From Strigamia acuminata (Eukaryota): DNA of 64,000 bases. The stretch lies in NCBI GenBank assembly GCA_949358305.1, contig OX442314.1, forward strand, positions 24,490,001-24,554,000, read 5' to 3'. Both the position numbers and the translations under genes were made by a program. Below are positions 14,475 to 28,146 of the stretch, piece by piece (the stretch's first letter is position 1; each line of letters opens with the position of its first letter). The notes beneath the pieces are model-generated. The model saw only the letters and a list, made by a program, of their open reading frames with translations. It was not told the DNA's origin and made no database searches.

Positions 14475-17400
14475 CTGTAAACGGAGAGACGAATTAAAAG
14501 AGTTGATGATGACGGCGATGATGATGATGCAATCGTGTCTTATTCACGACATCGTAAAACGTGACAACTTAATGTTCCTCACCGCAAAACAAACCCCGTC
14601 ACTCATTTGATCATTTACCCCACACAAATTAAGGCAACAAAAACTCAACTCGCAACTCAGAGCGAGACAAATTAAGAAGAATTAATTATTTAAAAATATT
14701 TGCATGCGATATTACATTACGTTGATTCGAGTGCGAACGATTAGTGCAAAGTGTAAATGAAGACAACGGTTTTTCTCGCTTGTTTGAGAAAATCTCACGA
14801 GACCAATTTTTTTTTTTTTGGATTTTTTTTTCTAGTGAGGATTATTTTGGTAGAGAGCCAATACAAGCGAGTGTTTTTAAGTGAGATGATGTATCAGTTG
14901 GTCGGTCACGTGCAAGACTAGGGGTCATCGCGTGGACTGGCAGCCCAATGCACTTTGACGAGAAATCAATAGAAATTCTTGTAGTTTACTGCACAAGACT
15001 AGACAGCAGCTGTTGTTTTAAAACAACTCAAGTTTTTGATTCCCAGTTTTTATTTTTTTTTTCTCGAAAATTTCCCTTCTAATTTCAACTTGCAACGACG
15101 ATATTTGCATTTTTATTCATTTCTACATACATTTATAACGACATTCAATCTTTTGATGCCAGGTGAGGCGAAGCAAACGAGTTCGAGGTCAACAACCTTG
15201 GTGTTTGGTCAGCCAGAAGAAAATCGGTTACGCCACCACTGCCACAGAGAGGAAGCAAGCGGCCATTTTGAAAAGTCACAACATGGATATCCCTTCAAAA
15301 GGACCCATTTGATCGATGATAATTGGGGTCTAAAGCAGTAGTACTCGGCTATAAATTAAACTGTGCTCGAGGACTAGTTTTTGCAATAGCACAAATGTGG
15401 TTAAATAAAGTAACAAAATATAAAAAAATTTAAAAATAAAAAAAAAAAACATTCCATATTTATTATTGCTTTTTTTTTATTTTCTAAGCCAAAATCACAG
15501 ATACAAAGACCCACAAAAAATAAAGTTATTACTTCATACAAAACCTTCCCCCATTTTGATAAATTAAAGAACGCTGGGTGTAAATCATCTCGTATTTCTT
15601 TTAACTGCGAGCACGTAAAGAAAAGGAAAAAAACTCCGCCTTGTGCTTCACTGCAACGCACAGCCCGACAAATAAACATATTTTTATTTTCCTTTGGAAA
15701 AGTCCATTTTTTTTATTGAATCGCGCTGTTAAAATTCAATTTTTCTCCTATTTCTTATTGAATCAAAATTCAGTTCCAACAAAAAAAAAAAAAAAAAAAA
15801 AAATCAATCTTCCAATGTTAAATTGCTGGTGCAGCTATAAATTTTTGGTTATAAGCGTAACAGCTGCATCAACAAATCGCGTTCAGGATGCACCAAAACT
15901 AAATCCAAAACACAAAAAAATACACATTTCCCTCTTCTCATCGAGTTTCTGATTTTTTTCTATCTTATCAAAATAAAAAAAATAAAATAAAAAAATAAAA
16001 AAAAATAAAAAAAAAAATAACAAAATAAAAAAAATAAAAAATAATTTCCTTTCGTCTCCCGACTTGTTAGTGGTAAAACGAGTCATTTTAGGAGTAATCA
16101 AGCGCCTCTTGTTGGGTCTAGCTTGGAAATGGAAAAGGCGCACGAGAAAACTGCAAGTTCCAAAACTCTCAGCTTGTCCTTTTTATTGCTTCTGTCCCTC
16201 GTGGTAATGGAAGGAGCTCCCCTTTCCCGCCAAAGAGGACGCCTCACATGGGCACTGAAGCGTACTAGCAGTAGCTTCTATTCTCCTTCTCCATACTCCC
16301 TCCCTTCCTCATTCCATTTCTGTCTTCCTGACTCCTCTAGTATCGAGCCAAAAGGAGACTCGAGTTGCTGCCCTTGCCTTGACCCACTGCTCAACTCATA
16401 TTATCCCCCTCTAAACCGCCTCGCCACTCACAAGTGGACCTCATGCACGACGACATGACGAGTGACCGCCACACTTCCTCCTATTTTAATTTAAAATTCA
16501 GAAAAAGTCGAGATTTTGATGCTCGAGCACGCGTATGTAATATAAAAAAGTGGGAAAGTTTTAAAGTCATCCCAGACTTTGACTTGAATGGTGTCATTCC
16601 GTTGAAGCAACACATTTGCACCAATTTAGTCGTTAGAAAGATCTTTGACGAGTTTCTTAATCCGGTGCAGGCTCCCTCTCTTATCGTCGCATAACAGAGT
16701 TGCACGCTCGTCTGTGTGTTGCTCATTTTGCAACAGCGCTTCCACTCTTTTCTCGTCACTTTTACTAGGCGAATAACCCAGTTGGCATCTGGGCTCGCTG
16801 CATATTTACGATCTCGATTCGCCCAACGAGAGAGAGAGAGAGAGACGAAAGAGAGAAAGAGAGTTGAGGGGAAAGAGGAGGAGGGAGAAGGAAGCCAAAC
16901 GGGAGGCGAGGCAGCTCTCGCCCGCTCATACACATTTCAAGTATTATAAATAATAAGCATAGTCCCATACTCAGCGAATGGACGCTAATGCAAAAGATGC
17001 CGGAGTGGAGTGGAGGGATTGCTCGGGAAAAAGGAATCTGACAACTGTTAAAAATACATAGACAAAATGTTTACGGCATCGTTCATAAATCAAAATTCAG
17101 ACCGAATCACGACGAGCGATGAGTAGCAATTTGGATCGCACGGCACTGCAATTTGTAGCAAATACAAGAAAGGAGAGACGCCTATCGATCAAATAAACAT
17201 CGACAAGATGAAGATGCAGACACAAACAGGGGAAAGGAAATCAAAATACAAGTAACGAGTTTTGATCGAGTGTCTTTCACGATTCTGCTGTCCCGTTCCT
17301 TCTTATCAGAAGCCGTTAAAGAGAAAAGGAAATTAAAAAAGAAAAGTAATCTAAATGAAAAATGACGTACGGCGCCACACTCGGCGGCGCCACAATTACC

Positions 17401-17994
17401 CGAGGAGAAAGTGTCATGCAAACTCAACCCCGGCGCCGAGCCCCCTCAACTGTCTACATCGCATCATCGCACCCCTATTGATGACACCTGACACTCGTCA
17501 CCCGAACGACCCAGCCACCAGCTTTAACTATTTAAACCAAATTCCGTCCCTAAACGAGCGTGGTGCTGCAAACTCCGCCTTGTGCTTCACTGCAATACAA
17601 AAAAATAAATTGCAGGTCGTTTGATGAGGAAAAGGAAAATTTTTCTTCTCGTTTTTGTTGATAAAAAATATTTCATTTGGGTGACCCACCTACTAAATCG
17701 GCTCTGGCTGTGTATTCGAAATTTATGTTGAAACAAGACGCATTTGAATGTGAATTAAGCGCGTTTCCTCGCTCGGCTCCAATTTTATTTTGTTCCACCG
17801 GGTAATTTATTAGTGAAAGAGGCAGATTAATTCGGTCGGCTTATTAACTTGGCTCCTACATTTTAAAATAAATTCATCAACCCGTAATGCTCACATATGC
17901 AAATTATTTCAATGTAAAAGTGTTTAAACACGTTCTTGTATATTAATAAAAATAAAATCTTAACATTTTCAAAACTTCTCTATTTTTAAATGGA

Positions 17995-17997
17995 TAA

Positions 17998-18036
<39 letters not shown>

Positions 18037-18039
18037 ATA
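17995..18039. repeat. (AAAT)n microsatellite
   Basis: About 11 tandem AAAT units. Confidence 0.9.
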
Positions 18040-19017
18040 CTGTATAGAAATACATTTCTTTTCCTTTTATGCGCCAGAAGATAAGCTAAGTGCTTCATTC
18101 GCTAAAAAGTATGCAAAAAAATCTCGCCCATAGTGCGCTTATCCTAATAGACTTACAAAGTACCCTTGAGAATGGAGACAAAAATAATCAAAAGAGCAAA
18201 TTACCCCAAAATGAAAATAAACAAGTTCTTGCGTCACTAATGACAAGCTTTTATTATTCAGACGTGAACAATAAATTACTGTGCCATGTTTTAAATAGCC
18301 AGATATCAAAATCTTGCTTATTTTATCATTACATTATTAATTTTTTCTTTCAACAACTTGCTGCAAAAGACCAAGCAAGCACCGGTTCCTTCCTGGCGGA
18401 TGTAGAAGCTCAATTAGCATAAAAAATAAAAAGATTTAAAAACAGACCACAATAGTTGAATATAAAATTCTTTTCTTGAGCAAATTGTGCATGTAAAAAC
18501 TAAAAAAAAGTTAGTTTTTTCACTTTCTACTCCCTCTGTCCCAAATTACGGTTTACATATTGGTTTTACTTGACTTTATCCTTATTAAAATACACAATTA
18601 ACATAATTAACTTAAATTATACGGAGTATTATTTTTTCTAGTTGTGCATCGAATGACTAAAGTAACAACTACCCTTTTCACGACGTGTTTGCACAGTCGG
18701 AGATTCATTCATTGGCAGTTCGAACAACCTAAAGTACTTTGGCAGATGTAATGTCATTCCAGGTTTGCATACCACGCAGGGAAAACTGCAGTGATGCTAG
18801 CAACTGGCCAAAAGTGGGAGAATAAAATACAAATACCATTCCACCCCATGCCTGGCTTCCAAAGCTTCAGATTCGTTGAAGAGTGAAGAGTTTAATTTAC
18901 CAAACTGTATGTAAATAATGTGTACTTAGCAGATGAAAAGAAATGAGAGTAAAAAACCGGGCAACCCTTTGGAACCGGTCAAATACCCAACAATGATAAA
19001 TGCTCCCTCTTCTAGAC

Positions 19018-19178
19018 TAGGGGTGTCCAACATTTTGGCTTCTCCAGGCCACATTAGAAGAAAAGGAATTGTCTTGAGCCGCACATCAAATACACTAACA
19101 GCGTTTCTCAAACCGTGGGGCGCGAGCTGATTTTTGGTGGGGCGCAACAATGTTCAATCACTTTGTTGGACACCTCTA
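19018..19178 (+). mobile_element. hAT/Charlie-type MITE fragment resembling the 5' end of MER30
   Basis: Starts TAGGGGTGTCCAACATTTTGGCTTCTCCAGGCCACATT... and ends ...TGTTGGACACCTCTA (inverted terminus). It is preceded by TTCTAGAC, a Charlie-like NTCTAGAN target. A second hAT-like end (CAGCGTTTCTCAAACCGTGGGGCGCG) starts at about 19099. The family resemblance comes from recalled consensus only. Confidence 0.6.
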
Positions 19179-20549
19179 AACTGGGCAACCCTTTAGACCG
19201 GCTTATTTATGGTGGACTCGCCTGTGCAGGGTCTCGATGGAGTTCACTGTAGTTGAAAAATATGTATTGAAACATGCGAGGGAAACACGTGCAACTATAA
19301 TTAACTATAATCAACTATGATTACGATGTTTCTCCAGAAATTAGATGCTTCAAACTCCGATTCTCAATTTACGTTTTCATAATTCTTTTTGGATTTTACT
19401 TGAAATATATAATAAAAAATAAAAAAATTAACATTTTTTTGTCCTTTAATTATTCAAAAATTTAAAAGCTAAGTTTTCATCCTTGTCATTCATCATCAAC
19501 TACTATATTAGTTTTTTCTGCAGATTCCCTTACGCTGTAGCATAAATTTTAACTAAAAAACAAACAAGCAAACTTTGTTTTATTAGCTAAACAATTCACT
19601 CATTTTGAGCAAAAAAAAAATCAGCCACACGCAAACTAAATTGAATTAAACAGATAGTAAAGCAAGTTGAATAATTAAAAGCAGACATGAAGCGTCTATA
19701 AAAAGCGCTGCTATCGTTTCAATTGTAATTAACAACTCTCTCACTTACGAATAAAGCTACTGTCTCCTCTTTTCCCAACTATATAATCAATACCTTTGAG
19801 GTTTTAACAGCGAGGCAAAAAGCAAGAAAGCCCACTTAACCAGATTCATGTATATGTTTGTACCGTTTCACGTCGTTTTGGGTGAAACAATAAAACTAAG
19901 TGGAAAGAGCATTTTTAATAGACGAAACGAAAATATATGAATATGCAAAAAAACACAATAAAGTTAAATACGCCGTGAGAAATTTGTCGCCCATACACAT
20001 GCTGCTGCCTGATGCAACACAATCCAAAGCTTAATTTTTTTTTACTTCTTGTGCACAACTTTATGTTTCACATTTTCTTGCATGTGTTTCCATCTTATTA
20101 CCCGATGCACAGCTGCGAAAATTCGCGAGAAAAAAAAATACGTTACACTTTTCGTTCGGTGGAGCACAAAGATCATTCTAGCATGTTATTGCCTCGAATA
20201 AAAATGAGAGAGAAGGGAAAATCAAAGTTAGCCCAGCATGCAATATTGCATCAAGAAAACCCCAACACGACGGCTAATTTGCAAGCCGGTGCCCGTCCTC
20301 GTTGGCTTCACCAGGATCTCTCGGTCACCATGGCAACCAAGCATCACTTTTAACAAATTAATGAAGATTGGTTTGGGCGAATGGAGTAAACATCATTTGT
20401 AATTGAGAAGTTGCCTCTAAAAAATAAAGTCAACCCAGGCTGGGGCAAATTAGTGGTTGAATGACTTCTTAATTAACAAAAAATATCAAATACCAATTTA
20501 AAGGAAAACTGAGGTAACCATTCATCAATATCTTACACGTCTTGAAACA

Positions 20550-20750
20550 CTAGGTGCACTCAAAGTTTCTGTTTATGTCGCTTTTGACGTTTATATGAAC
20601 GAAATAGACACCAAAAACAGCGAAAACACATCACCAAAAACCACAAAAACAAAAACCATGTTGGAGTTATTTTTGAAATGGTTTATGCAGGGTTTTGGTT
20701 TTTACAACCAAATTAAAAATGGCTGCCTCGAAAGTTAGATTGAGGGATCA
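20550..20750 (-). repeat. Dispersed repeat, copy B (same family as 4216-4523; boundaries approximate)
   Basis: Reverse-complement similarity to about 4210-4415. Confidence 0.55.
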
Positions 20751-20960
20751 GACTTACAAGTATCATAAATACGTTGATCTGATGCATCCACCTCCAAAAA
20801 AGTCAGTAAATGCTAATTTGTGTTCAAATAAGGGAGCCACAACCACAATTCGTTGGTTAAATGAAATAAAAAGAATTTTATGCACCACGTACTCCTGCGG
20901 TCGTGACGCAAAAACATCACAACAAACAGGCCTATCTAAAAACGAACCTATTCACAGTTA

Positions 20961-21359
20961 AGGTGGAAACACAAAGAAGCGGAAAAAATTCCAAAGCTTG
21001 CTAGTACAAGTTTAAAGACGGAGTCATTTACAAGATCACTTCACCTGCTTCTGGCTTACCAGCTTAACTGGCAAACTCAAGCTAGCTAGGTAGCTAGCCA
21101 GAAATTTCCGCCAAAATCTTCTCCAAGAATTTCCTCACGATTCTGATTGGCTGCCAAAGTCACATGACCAAAACACCAGCAAGCTTGAAGCTGGTAAATC
21201 AAACTCAGTTTGATCGGAGCGGGTGAGTACAAGCTCGCTTCAAAACAAAGCTTTGAATAAAAACGCAAGCTCGTGTTTGCTCAAGCGGGCGAGTTTTTAG
21301 CCGCTTTTTCAAGTAAAAGCAAGCTTTTAAATTTTACCTGCTCGCTTGTGTTTCCCCCT
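20961..21359. mobile_element. PIF/Harbinger-like MITE
   Basis: TTA|AGGTGGAAACACAA ... TTGTGTTTCCCCCT|TTA gives a 14-bp TIR with 1 mismatch and a 3-bp TTA TSD. The interior is AAGC/GCTT-rich. Confidence 0.6.
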
Positions 21360-22812
21360 TTAAGCACGTTTTTGCATACTATTTTGGCCGTTTATATAAA
21401 CTGCATAAACAAAAACTTTAAATGCACCTAATTAAGTTAATTTTTGCCTTCTGTTTTTGCTGTTTAAAAAAAGCACCAAAAACCACAGAAACAGAAACTT
21501 TGAATGCCACCTATTGTTTTCGGCCATATGCCATCTATTACTATTTTTTAACGAGTTACACCACTTTAATTTCTTAGCCCATATTTGCAAATGTCAAATG
21601 TCAATGTCAACTTTTTCTTTAATCAATCACCGTCTAAGTGGAAGAATACCATCAAATATAATTTTCAAAAATAGATAAAAAGCGACTAGAATAGAATTAT
21701 TGCCCAATTCGTAATATCGTAAAAGCAAATTTCCTTCGCCATAGTTAAATGTAATCATTTTTAACAGCCAGCTATATTTAAATATTAACGTAATTAAAAT
21801 CTATTTCAAGTGATAATTACATCAAATAATCAATGATGTGTCACTTCAAAACCCATGAAAGAAAATTCTTCTCAAGAGACTGATTAAAAAAATTTCTCCC
21901 CATATTTTTTTTTTCTTTTAAAAATTCCAACTTCACTTTTTAATGACAAACCGTATAATAAAAGTTTTTAAAAAAATCTTCAGAATAGTACAATAGATCG
22001 TTATGAAAGTCACTTCTTAAAAAAAAAATTTCACTCGACATTTTAATGATAGATTGCGATATTCTTCCACCGTAAAAACGTGATTAATGCAATCTTAACA
22101 TTTACCTAAAAAATAAAATCTAAAAAAAAAACTAAAAATTAAACATTTTATAAAAAAAAAAAAAAAAAAAAACTAAAAATAAAACATTTTAGAAAAAAAA
22201 AATATTTTTTGTTAACCCTTTCCTTTTTTTCCCCTTCCATTTGACTCTGCTTTGTGGTGGCTACGAACACACAAGCGAAGCTTTTTGGCATGGTCTCGAC
22301 TTCACGAGCTGTCGAGTGTAGTGTCTCCTGCCGGCACTGTGCTTAATATTCTTATGGCAAAATCGATGGCACAGAGGGCGAAAGTCAGCTGCAAATGAAG
22401 TGCACTGCCACATCCACATCCACCCTCATTCTGCCATCTTTTCCTCTTGTTGCCTTCTCCCCGACAATCTCAACGAGGTCACAGCACTAACACCAACAAC
22501 CCCCGCAAAAAAACATGCTTTTCCAAGCGTCTCCTAAGCTATGCCACGGAAGCATCTGAAATCAGACCGGTGCCAAACTGTAACTGATTTGCAACTGCAA
22601 ACGACTGGGGAGAATAGAGTTTCCAATCCGCAGGATGAGGTCGCACTCGTCAGATCAGATCACATGTCACATCTGATAATTGCAAACTTTTCCCGCTCCA
22701 GACCGAAAGACCACACGCGGAGATAAAAATCAAACATTAGACAAAATTTAATTTCAATTTCAGTGTCTTCGCAGCTCGTAAATTCCAGATTAAGAGCGCG
22801 CTCTTAATTTAC

Positions 22813-23462
22813 CTTTTTTCATCCGACGTGACACAAAGTCGAAAACGAAAATTAAAGGGCCGCGCGTTGCCACCCGCGTTCCTGGGGGGGGTTATGAAGA
22901 GCCCTCTTCAAACCGGCGTCTTCGCAGATCGAGAAAAGAAGCGAATATCGAAGGAACGTGTCCACTACCACTTATTAGCGAACGAGACACGGCGTAACCC
23001 AGCTTAATTAACTCGAGCACCGACCAGCTGACGCGGCTTCGACTCGCCAACTCCCCTGGCAACAACTCCAGCATCGTCCACGACCTTCGACCCCTTCTGC
23101 TAATGTCGAATCCACGCCTCGCATTTAGCTCGTCATTTCGCACGCACTTTTAGGGATTGCGCTCCAACCTAAACCAAATTAAGTCTTTGACCGCAACCGA
23201 GAAAATCAAACGTCGACCGGTCATCGAAAGGCTCAAAGTGCACGATTCTCTATCTATTGATAGCAGACAACACATCACTCGTCAGGCCTCGAGTAAACCC
23301 AGTTGCCATGGCAACCGAGCCAGATGCACCCCTCTCTTCTTTCCTCTTCGATGCCACTGCAAAGACTTTCCTCTAAAACTCTCGCTACGCAAGAGTAAAC
23401 ATAAGTTGGCCATCATCATCACCATATGCGCATTCGGGCGAGTGCGTCGAGTGAAAAAAAAG
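22813..23462 (-). other. Candidate minus-strand exon (probably untranslated)
   Basis: A very long minus-strand polypyrimidine tract ends ...AAATTTCAG| at 23463, and there is a donor AAAG|GTAAAT at 22812. The interior is GC-richer with only short ORFs. Confidence 0.3.
23302..23315. promoter_or_regulatory. RFX X-box-like palindrome
   Basis: Perfect GTTGCCATGGCAAC. Related motifs at 20324-20337 (GTCACCATGGCAAC) and 25918-25931 (GTTGCCATAGAAAC). Confidence 0.35.
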
Positions 23463-26462
23463 CTGAAATTTTTCAAAGAAGTTTGGCGGAGAAAAAAAAA
23501 GAAAAAAAAGAAAAAAATAGAGGAGAAAAAAAAACGTTAAGTGTGGTTTCGTAAACAATCGAAAATGTATTGTGTACAGCAGTGGGGTAAAAAGCACGTG
23601 TGAAGTGAAGGAGTGGAACGGGCAGAGTGGACGGATCGATTTTATTCCTCAATTTTATTTTATCTGTAGCAAAGGAAACTAAAGTGGCAGTAGCGGAGCA
23701 TTAGCACGTGCATTGCATTGCCTTCTAATTGGACGGAGAGGGGTGTTCCATGTTGGATGGGGCCCAAAAGCCACTCACACCAGGTATTAATGCTTTACAC
23801 GGGGTTTATTTATCACGAATTTAGCATCTGGATCGACTCACGTGCGCGAGCTAATGCGATTAATATATTAGCACACTTTCGACGATGTAGAATTATCGCG
23901 TTGCACTTGTAAAATATTCGCTTTGATTAAGTTATGCGCAACTACAACAATAACAGTCGGTGCAACATGCAGGTTTAACAATTTGACCTCATAAAAATCG
24001 TCAAAGTGACATCACTAAATTTCAACCTGTAATCCGACACATGCCTATTCATATTTGCATCAAATGTGACATTCGTTTTATTCCGATCGCGTCGCCGAAA
24101 ACGAGCAATTACTTTTTTTTTTCCTTTCTCGAATTGTTGAATCGAGTTTTTGTTTACTACCTAAGCGATTTGTGGTTGGTTGGATGGTCAAACGAGTATT
24201 GCACTGTCGACCTAGGTTATCAATTACAAACCAAGACCATTAAAACTGAAAGTCTGCGCATTTAATTAGTCCGGCAGGAATTTACGGAGTCGTCACTTGT
24301 AATATTCGTACGAATGGTGGTTAACCCGATGAAATTCAAGGCGCATTTGCGAGCCGCAAATATTCATGTCGCCCCATCTTCTGACTGAGAGCTGTAATAC
24401 AGTATTATAGGCACATTCAATAAAGCGTAACACGACCGTGTTAGTCATATTACGACACTTAACGAAAGAATTTCGTTTGACCCTCGTAACATGACAAAAA
24501 TAACACGATCTCTGGTAGGTCGTCTCAAGGTCGTGCCACAAGTGTGTTCGTGTTTCCAGGCAATTTTTTGACACGAGAATCTTGTGTTTATATACTTGTG
24601 TTTCCGTAATCTTGCCAACCACGTGACTTCCGGTTACATTACGATAACGTGTGTGCGATAAAACGACTTTATCTTGAATAATTGAAGTGATCTTCTTATT
24701 TCGAATAACAACAATGTTATAAGTTGAAGAATCATTCAGAATCATAATAGTTTCATTTGGAAGCATTCAATAATAAGTCATTATTATTTTCATTGTTTTT
24801 ATTCATTTAAGCAAACTTTAAGTATTTGCTTAACCAATTTGAATTCACCTATTGTTTGCTTTTATGCCCCTGGAGCTTTCCTGCACTTACCCAAGATATA
24901 CCTTCCATACTGTATGTACAGAAATGGAAAGAAATGACAATTTTTATTTGTTGTTGTCTTCAAATTTATAGATCAAAACTGGAAATCAATTTTCTTCCTT
25001 AAATTAGTTTATTTCTTCTTCAAACACAATTCAAATTCTATTCCCCAATAAATTTCTAAAACGACATTTCCTGATTCTGATAAAACGGAACGTTTTAATA
25101 AGTAAACTCAATTTACTTTTGCTTCTACAAAAAAAAAATACCAAAAAAAAAAAAAAAAACAACCTCAAACACCAATTTAAACCAAAACAAAAAAAATATT
25201 ATTTTTTTTTAAATTTAAAAAAAAAAAAATAATAATAATTTCCAAATCCAAAAAAAGAAACATTAATTCAACGTCACCCTAAATTACAATTCCATCAATC
25301 TCAACACAAATTGACAAACTACAAACATAATTGAAAAAAAAAATATAGAAATCCCTAACGATGTGTTCAATAGAAGAATAAAACACCCGCAGCACGGAAC
25401 TGATTGAACAGAATAAGAAGCCTAGTGTGGTCAGCGTGACAGTCCAGTGATGCATGGATTTAATAAAGCGGGAAATAACGGCTCGCGAACGAGACCTCTG
25501 GTCTTCGATTAAAGCATCCAAACAATAACTCACGCGCAAATTTTCATCAGTTCCCAAAAATCATAATGAAAAAAATCCCCCAAAAAAAACTAAATATCGA
25601 AAAATTAATCACCACCATACGTAGCGCACCAAGAAAAAAACGAGAGACGGGGGAGCCAAATTACCCAAAAACTCGCTAGTCACTTCCGTCGCCATGACAA
25701 AGGGCAGAGCAGAGCAAAGCAAAGCAAAGCAGAGCATCGGAATGGCATTCGCAGTTCGCACGCCCAGCCAGCGACAGCGAGGGCAAACAGCCGCCCCCAC
25801 CGATTTGTCCTCGGTTTCCAAGTAGCGGAGGGAGGCGAGAGAAAACAAGTAAATATTTTTCATCCGTCGACAATAGAGGTGGTTTGGAAGGCGAGTCATT
25901 TCCGTCGCCGACACTCGGTTGCCATAGAAACGGATTGTAAGCAGAAAGCAAACTCGCGTGCCAATACCAGGTCGAGAGGCAAAAGAGTGAAAGGGGGAGG
26001 AGAGTCGAACGCTCGAGAGGTAATCAAAACACAGATTGAAAGGTCATGCCCGGATGCAATGCATTCCACGACACACGATTCGCTGCATGGCGAGCAGACT
26101 CAAGAAACGAGCGTGCCACATTCACCTGAGTGGACTCGGCCAGTTTCATTTCCAAAATTATTGGTCAGCACGAATTCTCCGCATTCTTTTGCGTGCGCGT
26201 GGAATTTCTCTTATTTTGCTACAAACTACAAACTACAATCACAGAAATGGAACAACACGGCACTCGAGGAGCAAAGGAATTGTCAAAAGCAATGCTCCGT
26301 GCCTGAACATCGTTGGCACCTGCTTTTCATTAGACGGGAAACTACAATTGCCCCAGCTGCCCCAAAGCTTTTCTCAACAGCTTTGTAAAACAAAATCATT
26401 TCACCAAGAAGGAAATGCTTTATCGTACACCGGATAAATTCAATTAGGGATACCGGTTTGTA

Positions 26463-26765
26463 CCGTAAATGCTCTAATAGAACGCGGGTGTTCTATTGAT
26501 AAAACCTAGATTTCCTTAAATTTTTTGGTGTTCTTGATCAATTTAGAATTTTTTTTTAAAGGCGTTTTGTTCAATTTAGACATCTTTTAAAGACGTTTTG
26601 TTCAATTCAAGACATTTAGTTTGGTTATTTGTTCAATTTAGATATTGAACTTAGTGATTCTGGTTAAAATACAGATGGAATTCAGTCGTTTTGGTCAATT
26701 TACACTCGCATTGTATAGGAATCCGCATTCTATTGGCATCTCGCATTATAATATACCATTTACGA
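26463..26765. mobile_element. Degenerate Tc2/pogo-like MITE
   Basis: Begins TA|CCGTAAATGCTCTAATAG and has a degenerate inverted end ...ATAATATACCATTTACGA. Internal repeats of TTTTGTTCAATTTAGA. Confidence 0.4.
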
Positions 26766-26892
26766 TTATATATTTTGTATTTTGTATTTTATATTTTATA
26801 TTTTAATGAAAACACAAAACACTAAACTTTTCGTTTTTTATTTATTCATTTTTCAACAATTTTGTGCCATTTCAAATTCCAATTTCCAACCG

Positions 26893-27085
26893 ATTTTATA
26901 TTTTATATTTTGTATTTTGTATTTCATATTTTATATTTTGTATTTCATATTTTATATTTTGTATTTCATATTTTATATTTTGTATTTCATATTTTATATT
27001 TTGTATTTCATATTTTATATTTTGTATTTCATATTTTATATTTTGTATTTCATATTTTATATTTTGTATTTTGTATTTCATATTT
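26893..27085. repeat. 21-bp minisatellite (TATTTTATATTTTGTATTTCA)n
   Basis: About 8 tandem units. It explains the repetitive ORFs at 26782-27117. Confidence 0.9.
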
Positions 27086-27930
27086 TAAATTGTGTATTTG
27101 ACATAACACAAATTTAATTTTCCAAGGTTTTGTGCCATTTCCAATTTCAATTTACACCGACTTCGTGCCATTTGCAAATATGAATCGTGTTGAACAATAC
27201 TGCGGATTTCCGGCCAATCAAACAAATCATTTATTATAGAAAAAAAAAAATTCTAGAGATTGTACGTCGATTGACACAAAACAAAACTCCAAAAGATGGA
27301 AAACTAATGCCTAACTTTAGTTTCATAATTGTTATTAATAATTTATCCTCTATTGATAGCTCAGTCACCATTTGTTGTAATGGTTTCAAAATGCTTACAA
27401 ATATGGCAAATACATTCGTTGAAATTGTCAAATTGAGCATAAATCATTAATAGCGTGTGCTAGCAAACCCACAAAAATAAGCGTTCACATAAGCCGATCC
27501 AACTTATACACGGACTTTCTTTATCTCTGGTGGAAGGTTGACACGGGTGAAATATATATTAGGCATTCAAACGCGATTTAATTTTTAAAATTTAAAATTA
27601 AAAGAAAAATATTACTGTATTAAGCAGGTTTCCCAGCCAATCCTATTAACTTTGACCGTATTTTATAATGTTGTGGTAATCGTTCTTAATGAATAACTAT
27701 AGGGAATAGCTCTTAACATTCAAAGGTCAAGTGGTCACCACCTCTTTTGAACGATTTATATTTTATACTTGTACACAAATCTTGAAAATCGTATTTTTAG
27801 ATTGGCCGTAATGAATAAAACGAGAAGAAATACCTCACCTTTCATTCAGTAGAATCGATCTAACGATTTAACATCAATGGCGTTCGGGTCATATCCACAT
27901 AGGCCTACTCCGAGTCTTCCTTTGTTCACG

Positions 27931-27944
27931 CTGCGCACGCGCAG
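27931..27944. promoter_or_regulatory. NRF1-like motif, possible promoter of a minus-strand transcript
   Basis: CTGCGCACGCGCAG lies about 90 bp from a strong minus-strand donor AAAG|GTGAGG (intron start 27838). Confidence 0.25.
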
Positions 27945-28146
27945 ATAGCTTGAACAGCTCACTAACTAAACGTCTTTTTTTTGTAAAATAGATTAGTGCG
28001 CTGCTCGGTTTTGTTCGAATAAAGGCTGCAGCTATTTATTTAAAGTGGTTTAAATCAGAAAAGGAAATCTAAATGACTTTTCGTGTGACAGCTAGTGATT
28101 ATTTTTGTTATTTTCTTAAAGAATTTAAATTCAACCATTCACACCT

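Noticed and set aside
18528..18628. TACTCCCTCTGTCCCA ... ACGGAGTA Stowaway-like ends
   Set aside because: The right end is too degenerate to call confidently.
26782..27117. ORFs with (ILYFIFY)n and (KYEIQNI)n repeats; possible CRISPR-like array
   Set aside because: Pure 21-bp tandem repeat with no spacers and no cas genes; eukaryotic context.
1..28146. Many 60-170 aa ORFs in the ORF track
   Set aside because: No recognisable domains. They often start at TTG/GTG and run through poly-A/T tracts, as expected by chance in AT-rich eukaryotic non-coding DNA.
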